From contig CBDCWZ010000010.1 in assembly GCA_965223575.1 (NCBI GenBank), positions 1 through 64,000 of the forward strand: 64,000 bases of DNA, written 5' to 3'. Shown here piece after piece: positions 62,912 to 64,000 of the stretch. Numbering within the stretch: position 1 is the stretch's first letter; the number at the start of each line of letters is the position of its first letter. Source of the stretch: Kofleriaceae bacterium. GTDB taxonomy: Bacteria > Myxococcota_A > Polyangia > Haliangiales > Haliangiaceae. A program made the translations under genes and the position numbers. The notes below the pieces were generated by a model. The model had not been told where the DNA came from. It did no database searches and saw nothing but the letters and a program-made list of their open reading frames with translations.

Positions 62912-62971
62912 TCGTTCTCCTAAAGTAGGTTCTCCAAAATCAGGGGCGCCTCCCCCAAATATCAGGAGAGC

Positions 62972-63371
62972 TTATTGCGCGAGGCTTCCACATGGGCAAG
63001 TACTGCGTCTAGCCCGAGATAGTAGCTTTGTGCTCTGAAACCCCGTGATTTGCCCTACGCACCGGGAGGCTGTCAATGACGATATGGCGAAACTCCTCAC
63101 GCGCATATGAACATTTGACAAGTGGACCTCGACAGTCGGCAAACCGACCGCTTCAATCGCATCGCGAATTGCTACGCTCGTATGCGTATACGCGGCCGGA
63201 TTGATAAACAATGGCGTCATGACGCAGTGCGGCGTCCTGAATATGAGTGACGATCTCCCCCTCGACATTGCTCTGCACCGCCGTGACCTCCGCCCCCCGC
63301 AACGCTGCACGTTTGGTCAGCTCGGCGTTGATGTCATCCAGGGTCGTCGTGCCTGTAAATCGATGGCGCAC
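62972..63371 (-). pseudogene. aroQ: type II 3-dehydroquinate dehydratase, frameshifted
   Basis: …[15 protein letters not shown]… and …[15 protein letters not shown]…[11 protein letters not shown]… in two frames. Confidence 0.65.
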
Positions 63372-63448
63372 GCGTCCCCAGCAGATTCAAATTGGGGCCG
63401 TGCACAACAAAGACGCGCACAGGAGTCTTCAACCTGCCGGGAGTCGTT

Positions 63449-63988
63449 TCAGCCGGTGCTTCTGACTGTTTCTCGGACATCGTTCCCTTTCTTCTCGCGA
63501 ACTACGAGGCGGGAAACTATAGTTTCGTCGACGAGTTTAGGAGTAGCCATCCGCATCAGAAATCGGCACTTGCCCAGATTCCCCTGCTGGCTCAGCAAGA
63601 TCGCGAAAAAGTACTCATCGCTCAGCATCCGCATCACCAGCGTCAGCTTCTCGGCATTGAGGGCCACCTCACCCAGCGACCCCACCTCCAAAATGTCCGG
63701 CCGCTTTTTTGACCTGCCCCAAAATGAACGAGAAACTCCATACCAATCGTATTGGGATCGATATTCTGGCCTTCGCGGATATAGGTCTCGACGGCAATGC
63801 CATCCAACCCCATAATCAACCCGCCGAAGCCCCCTCGACATTATCAACGACCTTTTTGAGTACCTGTGCAAACACGATAGAGTCCTTACAATCTTATAAC
63901 ACAGGTCAAACCTTGGTGACAAATTTAGCAGCTGAACATGCCTGGTTTCGCAAAAACGATTCCTGCCCGGATCAGCGTGAAACCGCAC
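63449..63988 (-). CDS. uncharacterised ORF at window edge (may be a frameshifted housekeeping gene)
   Basis: long ORF but no motif recognised; the region shows many frameshifts. Confidence 0.15.
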   Translation of the reverse strand: MRFHADPGRNRFCETRHVQLLNLSPRFDLCYKIVRTLSCLHRYSKRSLIMSRGLRRVDYGVGWHCRRDLYPRRPEYRSQYDWYGVSRSFWGRSKKRPDILEVGSLGEVALNAEKLTLVMRMLSDEYFFAILLSQQGNLGKCRFLMRMATPKLVDETIVSRLVVREKKGNDVRETVRSTG

Positions 63989-64000
63989 TCGGCCAGGTCC

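Overview
This is 64 kb of high-GC bacterial chromosome. The first ~47 kb is a mosaic accessory region. The last ~17 kb carries metal-homeostasis genes and core genes gltB, gltD, accB, accC and aroQ. Taxon guess is weak: deltaproteobacterium or myxobacterium-like, based on a DUF1554-like lipoprotein and TPR proteins.

Main contents:
- **tRNA 3'-end repeat (36-73).** A 34-nt direct repeat of the 3' part of tRNA-Gly(CCC) at 11490-11564 looks like an att-type island boundary.
- **Mobile elements and remnants.** An IS5-family element with a poly-A frameshift window, a frameshifted retropepsin-like pseudogene, an IS3 fragment, two integrase fragments, terminase fragments and an IS66 element.
- **tRNA gene array (2733-7345).** It holds 20 or more tRNA or tRNA-like genes and an embedded HNH endonuclease. 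Two families of 71-nt structured elements sharing a TTAACTAGG terminus are inserted inside T-loops of at least 8 tRNA genes, splitting GGTT|CGANTCC. Excision restores perfect T-arms. Related B-family copies sit directly after tRNA 3' ends as spacers.
- **Defence-type genes.** A standalone HNH_5-domain protein. A DUF4258 toxin with an MqsA-like zinc-finger/HTH antitoxin, flanked by a ~65-bp palindromic repeat family. A DUF104-like antitoxin with mazF fragments inside ~400-bp direct repeats that flank a 20-kb insert.
- **Giant ORF (12677-19992).** An apparently single ~2,400-aa gene with one frameshift, carrying an N-terminal sacsin/Hsp90-like GHKL ATPase motif (ELLQNADDAGA) and a C-terminal transglutaminase-like Cys protease domain.
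- **ADP-ribose/NAD cluster.** ARH-Macro fusion (frameshifted), NrtR-like Nudix, Macro, SPFH, NAD-kinase-like and DUF1152, followed by an intact mazF.
- **RNA/ribosome repair cluster.** rtcB, an RbfA-like gene and a small ORF, divergent from hflX and an ABC-F ATPase, next to a MerR/GyrI regulator.
- **Paralogous ATPase_2/DUF234 genes.** One copy is disrupted by IS66. One is intact in an AT-rich patch.
- **Other.** A 136-bp near-perfect palindrome upstream of gltB. A cluster of frameshifts in accC, accB, aroQ and a TPR gene at 57-63.4 kb points to sequence errors there.

No CRISPR array and no rRNA were seen.
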